DNA of 64,000 nucleotides. Origin: Chiloscyllium plagiosum. Taxonomy: Eukaryota. The position numbers and the translations under genes are program-made. Below are positions 60,311-64,000 of this stretch, in pieces. Below the pieces are notes generated by a model. The model did no database searches and had not been told where the DNA came from. It saw only the letters and a list, made by a program, of their open reading frames with translations. How positions within the stretch are numbered: the first letter of the stretch is position 1; each line of letters starts with the position of its first letter. The stretch spans positions 7,764,725 to 7,828,724 of the forward strand of contig NC_057754.1 of the NCBI RefSeq assembly GCF_004010195.1. The letters run 5' to 3'.

Positions 60311-61349
60311 GAAGTGAAAATAAATCTAATTCTTATGCGAAACAGCGAAAATTGCAGACCGCAATTAGGTCTTCTCTCATTTTTCTAAAGTGTACAGACC
60401 TAATCTGCTCAGTCTGTCCTCATAAGGCACATTATGTTCTATCTGTAATGCATCTAGCAACGCTGAGAAATCAACTGTGGAGCCTGAACACAAGCTGTAA
60501 ACACTGGTCAGAGATTCTTTTGAAATTGGAGCTGACGTCAATCATGAGCTGGAACAGTGAGCAGCCGAACGTGTTCAAAACACTGCTTTGGCTGATGAAG
60601 CCAGTGATTATTGAGACACATTGATTGCCCCTTTTGGACTGAATCGTGGTCTCATCAGCCAATTGAGGAAAGGAAGGTGCTTTTCGCAAGACCGCAGGTC
60701 GGGGAATGACCTGTTGGTGAGTGGGAGCAGGGATCTGGGTTCAGGTGAGGGTTAAGCTCACAGTGGGCTGGCTGCCTTTTTGTGCAGTCGAATAAGTTGA
60801 AATGTGAAAACTCTGGTGTCTTTATTTACAAATGAAATCACCTTGCTGTGTGCATCAACAAAGGCATGCCCATCAGCACGACATTTTGCCACGATGGGCA
60901 AACACAGGATATCGAACCCCTAGCTCGAAGCTGAGATAGCTGAGAAGGGCATGATTCACTGTTTGCCTCTGATAAGGCGAAGGTTTTTGCTGTGCATTTA
61001 TCAGATATATTTGTGAACAGGCGCGCTCACTCAGTTCACGTAGTGTGTTCCATGATAGAGAACAGGAGGGGCCTGCAGTTCAGAGGTTGCATTTGGGGAT
61101 GGACTTACTGTGTGAGTGTGTATATATAGACAGATGTGTGAGTTAAGGACCTTGGTTACTTGAGTAGTCTTGCTGTGTCCATTGAATTTGAATTCCTTCA
61201 GGTAACGCAGTTCAGGAGATGACGAAGCTAGTAAGTTACAATCGTGGTACAGCTGGGTGGTAAGATTGACTATGCTGAAGCTTCTGGAATTACAGTGTAA
61301 TTTTAATGAATGGGTTAGGTCCCTGCTCGAGTATAGCGTCCAGTTCTGG

Positions 61350-62530
61350 GCACTTAGAGCCGTACAGCACAGAAACAGATGCTTTGGCCCAACTTGTCCC
61401 ATTCACCTATGTTTGGCCTATATCCTTGTAAATCTTTCCTATTCGTGTATCTATCCAAATGTCTTTTAATTGTTGTAACTGTACCTGCATCCACCCCTTC
61501 CTTTGGCAGTCCATTCCATATACAAACCGCTGTGGGGTGGTACGGTGGCTCAGTGGTCAGCCCTGCTGCCTCACAGCGCCAGGGAACCGGGTTCGATTCC
61601 CGTCTCGGGCAACTGTCTGTGTGGAGTTTGCACGTTCTCCCCGTGTCTGTGTGGATTTCCTCCGGATGCTCCGGTTTCCTCCCACAATCTAAAGATGTGC
61701 AGGTTAGCTGAATTGGCCGTGCTAAATTGCCGATAGTGTTCAGGGATGTGTAGGTTAGGTACATCGGTCAGGGGTAAATGGAGGATAATAGGGTAGGGGA
61801 GTGGGTCTAGGTGGGTTACTCTACGGAGGGTCGATGTGGACTTCTTGGATCGAAGAGTCTGTTTCCACACTGTAAGGATTCTGTGACTCTCTCTGTGGTA
61901 AAAGTTGCCCTTTGTGTCCCTTTTAAATCTTTCCGCTCTCACCTTAAAAAATGTGCCCCCTAAGTTTTGAAGATCCCCCACCTGAGGGAACTTGGCTAAT
62001 CACCTTATCTATGCCCCTCATGATTTTATAAACCTCTCTAAGGTCACCCCTCAACCTCCTACGCTCCAGGTAAAAAATGTCCCAGCTATCCAGCCTCTCC
62101 TTATAAATCGAACACTCCCTTCTCGGCAACATCCTGGTAAGTCTTGGTGGGCGGCACGGTGGCACAGTGGTTAGCACTGCTGCCTCACAGCGCCAGAGAC
62201 CCGGGTTCAATTCCCGCCTCAGGCAACTGTCTGTGTAGAGTTTGCACGTTCTCCCCGCGTCTGCGTGGGTTTCCTCCGGGTGCTCCGGTTTCCTCCCACA
62301 GTCCAAAAGATGTGCAGGTCAGGTGAATTGGCCATGCTAAATTGCCCGTAGTGTTAGGTAAGGGGTAAATGTAGGGGTATGGGTGGGTTGCGCTTCGGCG
62401 GGGCGGTGTGGACTTGTTGGGCTGAAGGGCCTGTTTCCATACTGTAAGTAATCTAAAAAAAAAAGTCCCTTCAGAACCCCCTCCAATTTAATACCATCCT
62501 TTCTGGAGCAGGATGACCAGAACTGTACAC
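61350..62530 (-). mobile_element. CR1 3' fragment interrupted by two + strand HE1 SINEs (about 61533-61886 and 62146-62463)
   Basis: CR1 sequence resumes in register after each SINE; both SINEs are near consensus. Confidence 0.85.
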
Positions 62531-62824
62531 GTGTCATGGTGTTGCCCAGGCTGCGGATGGAGAAGTACCAGAATGAGACCAAAAGAGGAGGCTTCTCCAT
62601 TCACATCCAGCAGAGTCTGGAGAGCTTGAGATGGTTTTACTTGCAACAGATTGGGTTAAAAGGAGATTCACTGGAACATTCAAAATCATGGGGGATCATG
62701 ATGAGGTAGTTGGAGTGACACTGTTCCCAGTTACAACAAGGTTGACATGGGATTAAGATTATCTACAAAAATATGACTAGGGAGACATTTTCTTCCATAT
62801 CATGTTGTCTTGTTCTCTTGGCAT

Positions 62825-63035
62825 GCAGGTAAAGTCACCATCGTCCTCGGGGACCATCGCACCACGCTCTCGTTAGAGAGAGACGAGTGGCGGTAGTTTA
62901 ACCTGTGGTTTACTGGGACTCAGACGAGGGGAGCGGTTGGGAAGGACAGTCCTTCATGGTGTCCTCAGCCAGTGCGAGAATTGAACCCATGACGTTGGTG
63001 CCACTCTGTGTCGCTAACCAGCCTAACTGAGTCTT
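62825..63035 (-). mobile_element. tRNA-headed SINE-like element (related head at about 5035-5130, minus strand)
   Basis: Reverse complement has ctcagttaggctgg...gggttcaattc..ggctgagg in both places. Confidence 0.5.
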
Positions 63036-64000
63036 GTGGCTCCAGATAGATAGCAACTATTTCAATGGATGATGGAACAACATGTTAATGACAGCTCTCC
63101 AAAGCCAATGAGAAAGCCACTTAAACATTTGCAGGACCATGAGTAAAGAGCAGGGAAGTGGGACTAATTGGATAGTACAGGCACAATGGGCTGAATGATC
63201 ATCATCTGCAGTGGTCTCATTCTTCCATCCTCATTTTTTAAAAAGCTGCAATTTCTGTTGCAAAACTGCTTTTCAATTTGGATACATCTTTCCGCTTGCA
63301 GTGTCGGAGAGATCTGTTTCCAATGAGACACATTCTCGTGCTACTTGGCCGATCACTGAACAGGTTTTGAAGGGATTATGCCCGAAACATCGATCCTTCT
63401 GCTCCTCTGATGCTGCCTGACCCGCTGTGCTTTTCCAGCACCGCACTCTTGGCTGTGTACTTTCAGGCTGGTTCCAAAACAGGAACTTGCATGACATTTC
63501 TGCCTTGTGTGTATTGTCACCTTCAAATTTGTTGCCATCTCTTCCAGACCTCGATTGTTAGGACCTTGATTATTTTCCCATTGTATGCACTCAGTTATAA
63601 ATGTTGTCCTGGTTGACCATGGGCGCACGTTCTTCCTCTACCTTCTTGAATTGTCTGAAGCTTTTAAACATCTTGAGTTATCCAAAGAGGCAACACAGCA
63701 GGGAGGGAGTGAAGGAGACGGGACGGCAGGTTTTCAGGGAGGGAGGGAGAAACCGAATGCTTAGAGGTAGAAAGAGCCAAGGCAATATGCAAACTATTAT
63801 TTCAATGAGAGACTACTTCTGTCACATCCTAAAAAGTAGCACGTGGTAGTGGAGGCTAAGTCACTGATTGGGTATAAGAAAGAAGTAGATTTGTTTCTAG
63901 ATATGGAAGGGGAATGTGAAGAGAGATTGAGTATGGTGTTGAGATAGAGGATCAGCATGATCAGGGATGGCATGGTAGCTTGGTGATTAGTACCGCTGCC

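Noticed and set aside
62150..62225. tRNA-like sequences with A and B boxes (many copies)
   Set aside because: They are SINE heads continuing into the HE1 body, not stand-alone tRNA genes.

Overview
This is a repeat-dense eukaryotic window. The HE1-type V-SINEs, CR1/HER1-like LINEs and DeuSINE remnants point to a cartilaginous fish (shark or ray; inference). There are two N-gaps, at 17790-18253 and 20280-20779. Only one convincing protein-coding region is present: a GC-rich, uninterrupted aldo-keto reductase ORF at 10963-11817 (+). It probably has a non-coding first exon in a CpG-island promoter near 4.3-4.55 kb and a poly(A) signal at 11997. A second CpG-island promoter (about 21.7-22.4 kb) with a splice donor starts an unidentified + strand gene, whose long introns appear to fill the rest of the window; one candidate non-coding exon lies at 35815-35926. 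Almost all other ORFs in the track are transposon debris or shadow frames. The main hidden signal is a set of dispersed, often palindromic Penelope-like-element (PLE) derivatives carrying minimal type I hammerhead ribozyme cores, from at least three families, some with target-site duplications. Other oddities are a 2.5-kb near-perfect palindrome centred on one of these elements, a telomeric tract inserted into another, a head-to-tail stack of Tx1-like 3' ends with a common boundary and terminal hairpin, several minisatellites grown from TE fragments (one with higher-order structure), and a locally templated insertion.
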